A program made the translations under genes and the position numbers. Below, piece after piece: positions 54,101 to 64,000 of a DNA stretch of 64,000 nucleotides. The DNA lies in the NCBI GenBank assembly GCA_903831815.1, contig CAIKZC010000005.1:69-64068 (forward strand), in the 5' to 3' direction. A model generated the notes under the pieces. That model saw nothing but the letters and a program-made list of their open reading frames with translations, did no database searches and was not told the origin of the DNA. The DNA comes from an uncultured bacterium. Its GTDB lineage: Bacteria; Patescibacteriota; Minisyncoccia; Phycocordibacterales; UBA11359. How positions within the stretch are numbered: position 1 is the stretch's first letter; each line of letters starts with the position of its first letter.

Positions 54101-54602
54101 AGCCGAACATCGTGTTGAAGTAAATTTCAAAACTCAAGGCGTAGTGATAGACGGTGCACATTTGACAGGCAAGATCGACAAGATCGAACAGGTTGGAGAA
54201 GACGAAAAGGGAGAAGTTCGTGGCACCTGGCGCGTACACGATTTTAAAACAGGTTCTCCTGTGCATGAGTGGAAAGGAACGACTGATTACGAAAAGGTAA
54301 AATTGTACAAATACAAACAACAAATTATTTTTTATAAATTGCTTGTTGAAAATGCCCGTGATTTTATCGGAAAACAAAAAGTCGAGAGTGGGGTAATCGA
54401 ATTTGTGGAGCCGGACGATAATGGAAACATTGTCGATCTACCATTAACGATCGAACCATCCGATGTTGAACGCACCAAAAAACTTATTTCAATCGTTTAC
54501 AAAAAGATTATCGCCTTAGATTTTCCGGATGTAACAAAATACCCTTCAACACTGAAGGGTATCGTGACTTTCGAAGATGACCTTCTCTCTAAGAAACTAT
54601 AG
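51141..54602 (+). CDS. UvrD/PcrA-family helicase fused to a C-terminal PD-(D/E)xK (RecB-like) nuclease
   Basis: AGPGSGKT, VDEFQD, VGDDDQAIY, QNYRS, HKAKGLEF, VALTRA; GKIDKI...HDFKTG. Confidence 0.93.
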   Translation: MTVSIAFKERYANLNNEQKKAVDAIEGSLMVVAGPGSGKTEILSLRVANILNKTQVRPNNILCLTFTDLAAINMRKRLTPLLGVDAYRVAIHTFHSFCVDIIDRFPEYFYHGATFVAADELVQIQMLEEIINSLPYDNPLKAAHSEEGFVYLKDAKFAIGNLKKAGLTPEEFSKILDHNEESFAYINPSLEEVFAPRVSKETIVAVEGLVKKLKEKHAALIKKNPFPVPHLQSFLQSLIDSLELLIERAENAEKPTSLFSEWKSDHLEKSTSGKLVCKETNRIEKLRALADLYAKYKELMWKRGYYDFDDMILDVMLTLEKNETLRYQIQEQFQYILVDEFQDTNDGQMRLLRAITDAPQNEGRPNIMVVGDDDQAIYKFQGAEISNIINFSRLYKDVKIVTMVQNYRSTQTILDLAQHVIRKGSERLETILPDIEKTLTAQNKKLTKGRIINKNLASREEEYHYVANEIKRLIGTGIESSEIAVISRKHDLLESIVPHLHKAGVPVRYERQQDVLHEPHIHQIIQIARFAASYARKDVEEADYLLPEILSYPFWNLDRLDIWNVSIAAKESSDKTLWLSAMRKSENKHVREIADFLLDLSVRSLSEPLEYIVDRIIGAHIKTLNSDDDADENGNISELAVGNPFGRLEGDTKTFRSPFKSFYFSKERFEKQKGNYLTFLSSLRVFMYALREYKKGEMLSISDLVSYVDTHEKNGLLVTDNSPYISAISAVSLLSAHKAKGLEFKVVFVLACQDSVWMARGRGTKLPMPNNLPIAPAGDTFDDKLRLFFVALTRAKEYLYITAATSGDDGGAELPLQFIADVPKEMFGLESGSEIKSGKVENELALPNIADILADSWRTYHRPPTTIDESALLSTLVENYQMSVTHLNNFLDVTNGGPQNFLETNLLRFPQAKTTSAAYGTAVHATIERLYFELRGEAKVPPLAKVLGYFKDVLRKERLSQREYSEQEERGVESLTAFYKAKKDSFKAEHRVEVNFKTQGVVIDGAHLTGKIDKIEQVGEDEKGEVRGTWRVHDFKTGSPVHEWKGTTDYEKVKLYKYKQQIIFYKLLVENARDFIGKQKVESGVIEFVEPDDNGNIVDLPLTIEPSDVERTKKLISIVYKKIIALDFPDVTKYPSTLKGIVTFEDDLLSKKL

Positions 54603-55377
54603 CTCCGATGATTTGCTGAATAAATTCATAAGGTAGATTGCCGCTGATGACAATTTTACCATCGGTGGTCACATAACCAAGTTTGTCCGGCGTGACTTGA
54701 TATTGCATGGCCATCGTGGTAAACAGATCTTTGATTTGTTTTGTCTGATTATCACTTAGCTTGTTTTTTGGAATCAAAACTGTGAATGGAGTGCCTTGCG
54801 CGCCTGCTCCGGCAGCATCATCAACGCTCGCATTTACGTTTGCGGTGAAAGTTCCGCTATCCAAACAAGTTTGAAAAGCTGTTTTATCCACACCAAAACT
54901 TGCTGCTAAGATCGGCAATTGCGCCGCATCTAAATTGTTGTTGCTAGGTGTTACGGTATAAATTTTCTGCAGATATTTCCAGAATACATCGTTACCGGCT
55001 AATTTATTCACACACTCAGTAGCCTCAGCTTCCTTCGGAGATTTTGGATGAAGTTGAACGATTGGATATTGTCGATAGACCCAGGCGACGGTACTGTCTT
55101 TGCCGTAAGTGTCGATAATTTTGTTTAGTGTTGTATTAAACAATTTACAATACGGGCATTCGGTGTCCGAATATTCAACCATCAGTACCTTGGCGTTAGG
55201 ATTACCTAAAATATGATCATTAGACGTAATTGGTTTGATGTTGGCCGTTTTTGGGGTATTCACTGATTGATCTACAGGATTTTGCGTTCCGACAGGTTTG
55301 TTGGTGTAAATAACAGCTCCGCCAATTAGCAATCCGGCTATGATTATTGAGATTGGTACGGTAAGTTTGTTTTCCAT
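54589..55377 (-). CDS. DsbA-family thiol-disulfide oxidoreductase
   Basis: EYSDTECPYC, GTPF, N-terminal membrane anchor; 3' end overlaps the helicase gene. Confidence 0.9.
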   Translation of the reverse strand: MENKLTVPISIIIAGLLIGGAVIYTNKPVGTQNPVDQSVNTPKTANIKPITSNDHILGNPNAKVLMVEYSDTECPYCKLFNTTLNKIIDTYGKDSTVAWVYRQYPIVQLHPKSPKEAEATECVNKLAGNDVFWKYLQKIYTVTPSNNNLDAAQLPILAASFGVDKTAFQTCLDSGTFTANVNASVDDAAGAGAQGTPFTVLIPKNKLSDNQTKQIKDLFTTMAMQYQVTPDKLGYVTTDGKIVISGNLPYEFIQQIIGAIVS

Positions 55378-55430
55378 AATTTATGATAATTGATAATTAA
55401 AATACAACTCGTATTATACCTTAAAGGACC

Positions 55431-56015
55431 CTAAAACGGCAAAGTGTAAGTCATGGTTGAATGTTCGATATGTTCCCAATCTTTTGGATCAAGTTTTATT
55501 TCTTGGATCGGCCCCTGTCCCTCTTTGTATAAAAGTTTTTTATTTTTCATCGCGTAATCGTAAATGTCTTTGGTGATACGTACGTCTTCGATGCAGTATT
55601 TGGCAATCTCGTCGATTTTGCCTTCTTTCCACCAGCGGACGGCCTCCAAACCGTGACTGATTTTGTTTCGACCGAGTGTACCGGCGGCAACATAATCAAG
55701 TTTAATACGTCGTCCAAGTGTTGCTCGAATTTCTTTCATAATATCTAGACTTTTTATTCTAGTCAGATCGCCGGGGTAATATTTTGCGAGTAACGGAATA
55801 TCAAAATGATCAGAATTGTAACCAATCAGCATATCCGCTCTTTCCAAAATCGGCCAAAGTTTTGAAAATTGTTCCTGCGTGAATGATTGATATGCGTCAG
55901 TTTCTGAATCGTAAATAGCCACAACTGAAATCTCAAGGTCAGCCGGGTTATTTGAACCAACTTCTTCAAAAATATTTCGCGTTTCAACATCAAAAACAAC
56001 TTTTCGAATGGACAT
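55431..56015 (-). CDS. RNase H-like 3'-5' exonuclease (YprB/DEDD-like)
   Basis: VFDVET, GYNSDHFD, YCIEDV motifs. Confidence 0.85.
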   Translation of the reverse strand: MSIRKVVFDVETRNIFEEVGSNNPADLEISVVAIYDSETDAYQSFTQEQFSKLWPILERADMLIGYNSDHFDIPLLAKYYPGDLTRIKSLDIMKEIRATLGRRIKLDYVAAGTLGRNKISHGLEAVRWWKEGKIDEIAKYCIEDVRITKDIYDYAMKNKKLLYKEGQGPIQEIKLDPKDWEHIEHSTMTYTLPF

Positions 56016-56024
56016 AGGCAGATA

Positions 56025-57263
56025 TTATAGCAGGGTTTTCAAAGAGTCTGAAATTTCAGTCGCTTTCAAGATTTTTTCGATGCCATCGGCTAAATTTTTG
56101 ATTCGATAAGCGCCACTTTTTACTTCCTCGGCGCCGACGGCCGTCACAAACGGAATTTTTTGCCGATCGGCAATTTTAATTTGATCGCCAAGTTTCTTTT
56201 GTGAAATATCAAGAACGACATCGGTACCATTGCGACGTAAAGTTGCCGCCAACATTTCGGCACTTTCTCGGCAAGTCTCATCTTGAATAGCGATGTAAAG
56301 CTGTGCGGAAGGTTTATATGTCGGCAAAAGTCCATGTGTTTCCAAAAAGTCTCGAATTGTTACGTCACCGGCACCGAATCCAACAGCCGGAATTTTATCG
56401 CCATCAAAAAGACTGGCTAAATCGTCATATCGTCCGCCACCAAATAGAGCACGACGGTTTTCTGGGTTTGTGTCATAAACTTCAAAAACAATTCCGGTGT
56501 AATAATCAAAACCGCGAACAATACTTGGATCAAAAACGATATTTTCAATATTATTTTTCTTGAGTAGGGAGATTACTTTTTCGACGTCATTGCTCGCCAC
56601 CTGACTCAGCTCAAAATTGTCGCCAGCGATAGCTTTTATTTTTTGTTGGAATTCTTCATGAGGCATTTTGCCTTTTTTGTCGATTATAAGGCGAAGTTCC
56701 TTGGCTTTTTCAGGCGTGAGATTGTATTTGGTTGCTTGCTCCTCCAACATTTTTCGACTGTTGATCCTGATCTCAAAATCACCGGCTTTAGCGCCAAAAG
56801 AAAGCATTATTTCGTGCGCGACAGCCAAAATTTCAACATCTGCCTGAATATTATCAACACCAAATAAGTCAACGTTTAACTGCCAGTGCTCGCGGGTGCG
56901 GCCACGTTGAGGCTTTTCGTATCGGAAAAGGTTAGGAATGGAATACCATCGTAAAGGAAAAACAAGTTCGCGACGTTTTGCGGCGACCATGCGAGCAACA
57001 GTTGGAGTCATTTCGGGGCGGAGTGTGACTTCACGATCACCTCGATCAGTAAAAGTGTATGTTTGTTCATTAACGATCTCTTCACCCGATTTTGCGCGAT
57101 ACAGTTCGGCAGGTTCCAAGACCGAAGCGCCATATTCCACATAACCAAACTTTTCAACCGCTTTGCGCATGCGTTCAAAAATATGTTTTTGTATAAACAT
57201 ATCTTCCGGATAAAAATCACGCACACCTTTGTAGCTTTCCGTCGAAAGTTTATTTGTTGCCAT
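56025..57263 (-). CDS. hisS: Histidyl-tRNA synthetase
   Basis: GVRDF, LRPEMT, FRYEKPQRGR, VRGFDYYTG, GGGRYD. Confidence 0.97.
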   Translation of the reverse strand: MATNKLSTESYKGVRDFYPEDMFIQKHIFERMRKAVEKFGYVEYGASVLEPAELYRAKSGEEIVNEQTYTFTDRGDREVTLRPEMTPTVARMVAAKRRELVFPLRWYSIPNLFRYEKPQRGRTREHWQLNVDLFGVDNIQADVEILAVAHEIMLSFGAKAGDFEIRINSRKMLEEQATKYNLTPEKAKELRLIIDKKGKMPHEEFQQKIKAIAGDNFELSQVASNDVEKVISLLKKNNIENIVFDPSIVRGFDYYTGIVFEVYDTNPENRRALFGGGRYDDLASLFDGDKIPAVGFGAGDVTIRDFLETHGLLPTYKPSAQLYIAIQDETCRESAEMLAATLRRNGTDVVLDISQKKLGDQIKIADRQKIPFVTAVGAEEVKSGAYRIKNLADGIEKILKATEISDSLKTLL

Positions 57264-57343
57264 AATGCGTTTATTTTAACAGAAATTGAGTAATTCACAA
57301 TACATGATAATCTTGATTACCAAATTCAAATTGAGTATTTAAG

Positions 57344-57352
57344 TTATCCACA
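57344..57352 (+). promoter_or_regulatory. DnaA box
   Basis: Perfect TTATCCACA upstream of the TATAAT of the surface-protein operon. Confidence 0.5.
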
Positions 57353-57398
57353 CTTTTTCTTTTTTTGGCTATATATTTGATATAATGTACTCAATAAT

Positions 57399-58184
57399 AT
57401 GGCAAAAATCCTCGATCTTCGCAAAGATATCAATCCTCGTGTCAAAATCATCTACCGAACAATTACCAAGCGTCAACCTTGGTATGTAGAAATGACGAAA
57501 GTCTTAATTACCATAGCAGTAGTCACCACTATCGTTTGGGGAACCTCTCGTGCCGACAATCCAGGTAACACCGAAGTCAAAAACTTCAGTGCTATTGGTC
57601 TTGTATCTAATCTCTCCGACAAATCTCTTTCAATTGATCATGCTCGAAGCTCCGACAAAACCAATTCCGATAACTACAAATTCGACATTTCATCGGTGCA
57701 AAAGATTGAAACCGACGCCTACCTTGCTATGCTCTTTTCCGATATCAAGGTTGGTGACAAAGTTATCGTGCAAGGTCTACTAGATAATGGTGTTATCACT
57801 GCACGCCGCATTGTTGATTTTAGTTTCTCTTCTTCAACCGCGACAACTACTGCCACCACCACGGATGAAACTGCAACTTCAACTGCTACGACAACTGATA
57901 CAACTATCGACACAGGGACCGACACAACCATAGCAACAACTACTGACACCTTGATCTCAACATCAACCGACAACATAACTTCAATTACAACCGACGACTC
58001 GATTGCAACTTCTACTGGCAACGATTCAAATTCAAATGCTACAAGTTCAAACGACACATCAACTACTACTCCTGATCTAAACAACAACGCCGATATTTCT
58101 TCTTCAACCGAGGATGTTGTTTTACCTCCTCCGCCAATTCTTCCTGATCAAACCGATTCCACTTCGACGGAAAATAATATTTAA
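57399..58184 (+). CDS. Membrane-anchored protein with DUF5666-like beta domain and Thr/Ser-rich tail
   Basis: TM helix, DIKVGDKVIVQG....ITARRI motif, low-complexity T/S/D C-terminus. Confidence 0.7.
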   Translation: MAKILDLRKDINPRVKIIYRTITKRQPWYVEMTKVLITIAVVTTIVWGTSRADNPGNTEVKNFSAIGLVSNLSDKSLSIDHARSSDKTNSDNYKFDISSVQKIETDAYLAMLFSDIKVGDKVIVQGLLDNGVITARRIVDFSFSSSTATTTATTTDETATSTATTTDTTIDTGTDTTIATTTDTLISTSTDNITSITTDDSIATSTGNDSNSNATSSNDTSTTTPDLNNNADISSSTEDVVLPPPPILPDQTDSTSTENNI

Positions 58185-58187
58185 AAA

Positions 58188-61100
58188 ATGAAATTTGGTT
58201 CACACACAAAACAATTTCTCTTTGGAATGATACTCATCATTCCTTTGTTGTTTCTTGCTAATCTCGCGCACGCTAAAGTAATCGATCCTGATCCATCAGG
58301 TACGACCGTTCTCACCAGTTGTGGCGAGTTGGCATATCCTGGAACATATCTCATCAACAGTGTCTTAACTAACACCGACAACCTTGATCCTTGTATTACC
58401 ATTACTTCTGATGACGTGATTATTGGTGGTGACGGCAGTGTTGGTTTTAATCAAGATATTTCCGCAACAGGATTATTACCTGGCGACCGAGGTTTAAATT
58501 TCACACTTCAGGATATTACTTTCTCCGGTGATGTTTCTTCACAAGGTAATGGAGAAGCCTTTGGTGGAACAATTACGTTTGGTGGAGACGCTGATCTTAG
58601 CGGTACAGCGATAGCTTCCTCAACTATATTTAATGGAAATAGTTACAACGAAGGTGACATCACAGCTTCCTCGACTATTTTTAATGGTAGTAGTTACAAT
58701 GATTCAAATGGTACTGTAAATGGTGATGCGGTTTTAATAATAATGGTAGAATCGATTGGCTTAAAACTTCTGCCCTCCAAGATGACGCTTGGCGTTCGAT
58801 TGCGATGAGCGCTGATGGTAATCGAATGTTTGGCACTAGTTACAATGGAGGAATTTTTGAATATTCGAGCACCACGGATACATGGAATCAAATGTCAGGT
58901 ATAAGTGGGCAGCATACTTTATTTTCAATTGTCTCAAATGCTGCCGGAAATAAATTGGCCGCAACTGATTATGGTGGTTCCATTTGGGTATATTCGGATT
59001 CTTCGAGAGTTTGGACTGAAGCCACTGGGACAAGTGGACAAAATTGGGATGCGATAACTTCGAACGCCGCCGGAGATCGCTTGTTTGCGACTATTGATGG
59101 CAATTCCTCGATTTGGAAGTATTCAGATTCGGTCGGTAGTTGGGCAGAAATGCCTAATACCAGTGATCAGTATGGTTGGTATGGGATTACTTCAAACTCG
59201 GCAGGCGATCGACTCTTTGCTTTTGATGCCCATAATAATATTTGGACTTATTCAGATGTTTCAGGCGTTTGGGTTCAGCCGGCAGAAACGGAAGGTCATT
59301 ATTTTGCTAATAGCATTGCTTCAAATGCCGCCGGGGATAGAGCATATGCAATAGAAGTTAATAACGGAACATCTATATGGACATATTCCAGTGGATCGGG
59401 CTGGGCGAAAGCGACATCGACGGATGGGTATGGTTGGCAATCGGTAACATCAAATGCTGCTGGTGACAAAGTGGCAGCAGTCGACGGAAGCAACGGTGCA
59501 ATTTGGACATCATCTGATTATGGTGATCACTGGACTAAATTAAGTGAAACCGATAACAATAGTTGGTGGCGAATAGTTTCGAATGCTAATGGTGAGAAAT
59601 TGGCTGCAATAGATCAGGGTCATGGTTTTGTTTGGACCCATAGCGATGGGGTTTTTGGATCTCGTTATCTAACTTACAATGCAGGTGTAATTAATGGTGA
59701 TGCGACATTTACTGCCGATTCATATTCTTGGAACTCGGGCACTGCTCCCTTTCCTCAATTGGGAGACGTTACCGGAAACATCAAATTTATTCCTTCTTCG
59801 GGAACGACGACAATAACGTTTAACATTGGAATTAAGGAAACCAATTATGCTTGCGGTGAGGATATCTGTGTCTTTGGAGACGATACGTCCAATTGGGATT
59901 TTGGCGATTTTAATTCCGTATTTAATTTCTATGGTAATAGTCAATTTTATTCGGAAATTAAAGCTAGTACTGTAGTATTCAATGATATTAGTGTCAGTAA
60001 TTCCAATGAGATCATTGCTTCTACGACAATTTTTAATGATAATTCTGTTAATTTTACAAACAATATTATTGCCTCCCAAGCAATTTTCAATGACGGATGT
60101 TCTGGTAGTGGTTCAATAACCGCAAATTCAGTAGTATTTAATGATGAGAGTGTTATTTACGGTAATATTGATGCGGAATCTGTAGTTTATAATGATCAAA
60201 GTTTCAACGGAAGTTCGGTTTATGCGTCTACGACGATATTTAATAATGGGAGTAATAATGCAGGTGAGGTCAATGCCGAGATGACAACTTTTAACGATGA
60301 AAGTCACAATGATAGTGAAATAAACGGAAACGCCACGTTTAATATATCATGGGTTGATTGGACGAACATCCCTGAAACAAATGAACACAATTGGGATTCA
60401 GTTGTCTCAAACTCTGTTGGTGACAGACTGGCTGCGACAGTATACTACGGTTCCATCTGGATGTATTCAACTTCGACTGGTGTGTGGGCAGAAGCACCGG
60501 GCACAAGTGGTCAAGGTTGGGGGACTATCGCCTCAAACTCTGTCGGAGATCGTCTGGCTGCTGTTAGTCAAGGAGGTTCCATTTGGTCATACTCAGACTC
60601 AACCGGAGTATGGACTGAGTTTCCCGGTACCGACGAGCATAATTGGCAATCCGTTACCTCAAACTCTGTCGGAGATCGTTTAGCTGCAGTAGAGTATAGG
60701 GGTTCTATCTGGATGTATTCAGACTCAGACGGTGTTTGGACCGAAGCCACCGGTACCAGCGAGCATTCTTGGTATTCTATTGTTTCAAATGCTGTCGGAG
60801 ACAGACTAGCTGCTGTTGATAGTAGTGGTTCAATCTGGACATACTCAGACTCAACAGGTGTCTGGGCTGAAATTCCTAATACCAGCGGACCTAGTTGGCA
60901 ATCCCTCACGTCTAATGCTGAAGGTGACCGATTAGCGGCAGTTGATTACAATAACGATGGTTCTATTTGGACTTCATCTGATTATGGTGATCACTGGAGT
61001 GAAGTTCCTAATACAATAGGACAGGGTGGTGGTTGGTATTCTGTTGCTTCAAATGCCGAAGGTGATCGATTGGTCGCCGGCGAGTACTCCGGTGGTTCAC

Positions 61101-64000
61101 TTTGGACTTCTTCTGACTAGGGTGTCACCTGGACAAAAGTACCTTATACCGGTGACGATTCTCATGATTGGTTCGCAGTTTCTTCAAATGCCACCGGTGA
61201 TAGATTAACTGCAGCAGATGAAGGCAGTGTTGGATCCCTTTGGACTCATACCGACGGTGCCTATGAATTTAAACCACTTAGCTACAATGATGGAACGATA
61301 AACGGTGACGCAATATTTACAGCTGACTCATACCCATTTGATATGTGGGATGGAGGACGTTATGAAGGATGGGCCCCTCAATTTGGTAATGTTTCCGAGA
61401 AGGTTCGTTTCTTTCCATCATCCGGCACAACAACAGTAACCTTTAATATTGGGACAAAAGGAGTTGATTCTGCTTGCGATGGCGAGACGTGTGTTTTTGG
61501 AGACGACACTTCCAATTGGGATTTTGGTGATTTAAATTCCGTATTTAATTTTTATGGAAACAGTAAAAATGATGCGGTTGTTTTCGGAAAAACTTTTGTG
61601 TTCAATGACGAAAGTGCTGTCGAAACTGGCATTATTACCGCTTCCTCAACAATTTTTAACGATTCTAGTTACAATAATTCTGAAATATACGGCGATGCTA
61701 TTTTCAATACTTCCAGAGTTGCTGTTGGTTGGCTACCAAATAACGTAGGAAATGGAGATCAATATTGGGTTTCAATTGCTTCCAATTCCACTGGCGATCG
61801 GTTGGTCGCTGTTGATAATAATCATGGTTCAATTTGGACATACTCCGATGCAACAGGCTCATGGACTGAAGCTCCGGGAACCAATGGACATAATTGGTGG
61901 TCGGTCACCTCAAACGCCGCCGGTGACCGACTAGCTGCCGTTAACTATGATAATAACATTGGTACAATTTGGACATACTCGGATGCTTCCGGCGTTTGGA
62001 CTGAAATACCTGGAATAAGCGGACATTCTTGGGAATCAATAACTTCAAACGCCGCCGGTGACCGATTGACTGCTGTTTACGATGATTATGTTGATCATGT
62101 TCCTTCCGGCACCATTTGGACATACTCGGATGCATCTGGAGTTTGGGTCGAAGCGTCGGAAGCTAGTGGACATAATTGGTATTCTGTAACTTCAAACGCC
62201 GCCGGTGACCGACTAGCTGCAGTTAGTTATGATTATGATATACCTGGCTCAATTTGGACCTACTCAGCCACTTTGGGAGTTTGGACAGAAGCAGAAGGCA
62301 CAAGCGGACACAATTGGTATGGTATCACATCAAATGCTGCTGGAGATCGACTGGCTGCAGTTGAAATGGGCGGCTCAATTTGGACCTACTCAGACACTTC
62401 GGGAGTTTGGACAGAAGCACCCGGTACAAGTGGTAGTAGTTGGCAATCGATCACCTCAAACGCCGCTGGCGACAGATTGGTTGCGTCAGACTATGCTTCT
62501 GGAGCAATTTGGACATATTCAGACTCAATAGGTGTTTGGACAGAAGAACCGGGAACAGATGGACATCGATGGAATTCAATAACTTCAAACGCTACCGGCG
62601 AACGACTGGCTGCGGTTGATAATGATAATATCTTTACATATACGGATGGTCTTTTTGAGAATAAGTCTTTGAGTTACAATCACGGTGTGATATATGGCGA
62701 CGCCACTTTCACAGCCGATTCATATTCGTGGAATTCTTGGGGCGGCGGTAATTTGGAGGATTTTGTTCCTCAGGTAGGAGGAGTTTCTGGAAAAGTAAAA
62801 TTTGTTCCACAATCTGGCACAACCACGATCACATTTAATATTGGGACAAATTCTGCTTGCGATGGCGAGACGTGTGTTTTTGGAGACGACACTTCCAATT
62901 GGGATTTTGGTGATTTAAATTCCGTATTTAATTTCTATGGAGATAGTGAAAGTTATCCAAATATTTCAGCAAAAAATGTCGCTTTTTATGACAATAGCGT
63001 TAATGGATCTAATTTAATAGTCACAAACTGTGAATTCAATGATAACAGTACTAATAGTAATTACATAACCGGTCACTCAATAATATTTAAAGATAATTCA
63101 AGTAATAGTAGCTCGGTTTTTGGTGACAACGTCGATATTTATTTCCCAGTTAACAAACCTTTGGGTGGAACAGTATCGGGTATTGTAACTTACCACGGAT
63201 ATCCGGGATTCTATTTCAACGATCAAGCAGACGGCGCTGCCGGAGACGGGGATTGGAATAACGATCTAAATTGGTGGAGTGACGATGCTTTTACCACTCC
63301 TGCCGATGCAATTCCAACCGCAACTGATGATGTTTATATTTACACAGACATCTTGACTGGCAGTGGTTTAGCGCAAACCATTACATTCGAAAATGGTGCT
63401 AAAAACAAATCTACCGTGACCTCTGTTAATGGCACCACGTTCACCGCAACTTCGAGCAACGAAGGTACAGTTCATGGCAAAACCACCTTCTATGGTGACA
63501 AGACAAATAACACGGGAACTATCTCTAGTCCTAGTTGGAGCAAAGTGGATAATTCTGCAGTTTATTGGCAGTCTGTAGCTTCGAACGCTGCTGGCGATAA
63601 GTTATTTGCAGTCGACAGCAACAATAATGGCGCTATTTGGAAATATACAGACGCTTCCGGAAAGTGGGCTGAGGTGAATGGAACAGAATACGAAAGTGGG
63701 TGGATGTCTATCGCCTCAAACTCTGTCGGAGATCGTTTGGCCGCAATCGATTATGATGGAAATATTTGGGCATACACAGATACTTCCGGAGTTTGGACCG
63801 AGGTACAGGAAAATATTTTTAACGGATGGTACTTTCAAATTACTTCAAACGCCGATGGGGATCGCTTGGCGGCAGTTGATAATAATAAGGGTTCCATTTG
63901 GACATACTCAGATTCTTCCGGTGTTTGGGCTGAAGCTACAGGAACAAGTGGACATGATTGGATGAGTATCGCTTCTAACGCCGTCGGAAATCGATTGGCT
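58188..64000 (+). pseudogene. Giant secreted repeat protein (beta-propeller and beta-helix modules), interrupted by a frameshift and an in-frame TAG; runs off the window end
   Basis: Signal peptide; ~43-aa W..I.SN..GDRLAAV...GSIWTYSD..GVW blades with Asp-boxes; FND.S.N beta-helix repeats. Frame changes at the T-run 58732-58735, TAG at 61118-61120, then the same frame stays open to 64000. Confidence 0.8.

Noticed and set aside
61118-61120. Genome-wide TAG reassignment
   Set aside because: TAG ends conserved genes at their expected C-termini (rpmE, thrS, rpmF, trmD, rpoD) and RF1 with PxT/GGQ is intact; the in-frame TAG is a local event.

Overview
Chromosomal segment of a Patescibacteria (CPR; Parcubacteria/Paceibacteria-like) bacterium using genetic code 11. 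It opens with a 5'-truncated, stand-alone 16S rRNA gene. That gene is interrupted at about E. coli position 788 by a 1218-nt group I intron encoding a LAGLIDADG homing endonuclease, and its 3' tail lacks the anti-Shine-Dalgarno CCUCC. The rest is mostly housekeeping genes (rpmE, prfA, rpsB, tsf, tRNA-Thr, pheST, gyrB, thrS, dnaE, rnhB, rpmF, nusB-Nudix, rnc, short smc, rnr, rpsP, khpA, trmD, rpoBC, dnaG, rpoD, UvrD-nuclease, dsbA, hisS). There is also a sortase next to its substrate, and a giant repeat surface-protein gene broken by one frameshift and one in-frame TAG. Most notable unexplained signals: (1) seven dispersed copies of a covarying ~60-nt structured core (tandem-GA internal loop, GAC[Y]G and AGYA loops), each closed by a long locus-specific inverted repeat, six of them abutting stop codons; (2) two tiers of gene expression, with leaderless-looking, SD-less core genes versus self-contained orphan cassettes carrying a promoter, boxA-like motif, strong SD and terminator, despite the aSD-less 16S and next to a NusB-Nudix fusion; (3) a ~300-nt candidate ncRNA with a tRNA-Met-like domain upstream of RNase R; (4) two tandem DGR-target-like genes with near-identical 3' flanks. 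All calls come from reading the sequence; no database searches were run.
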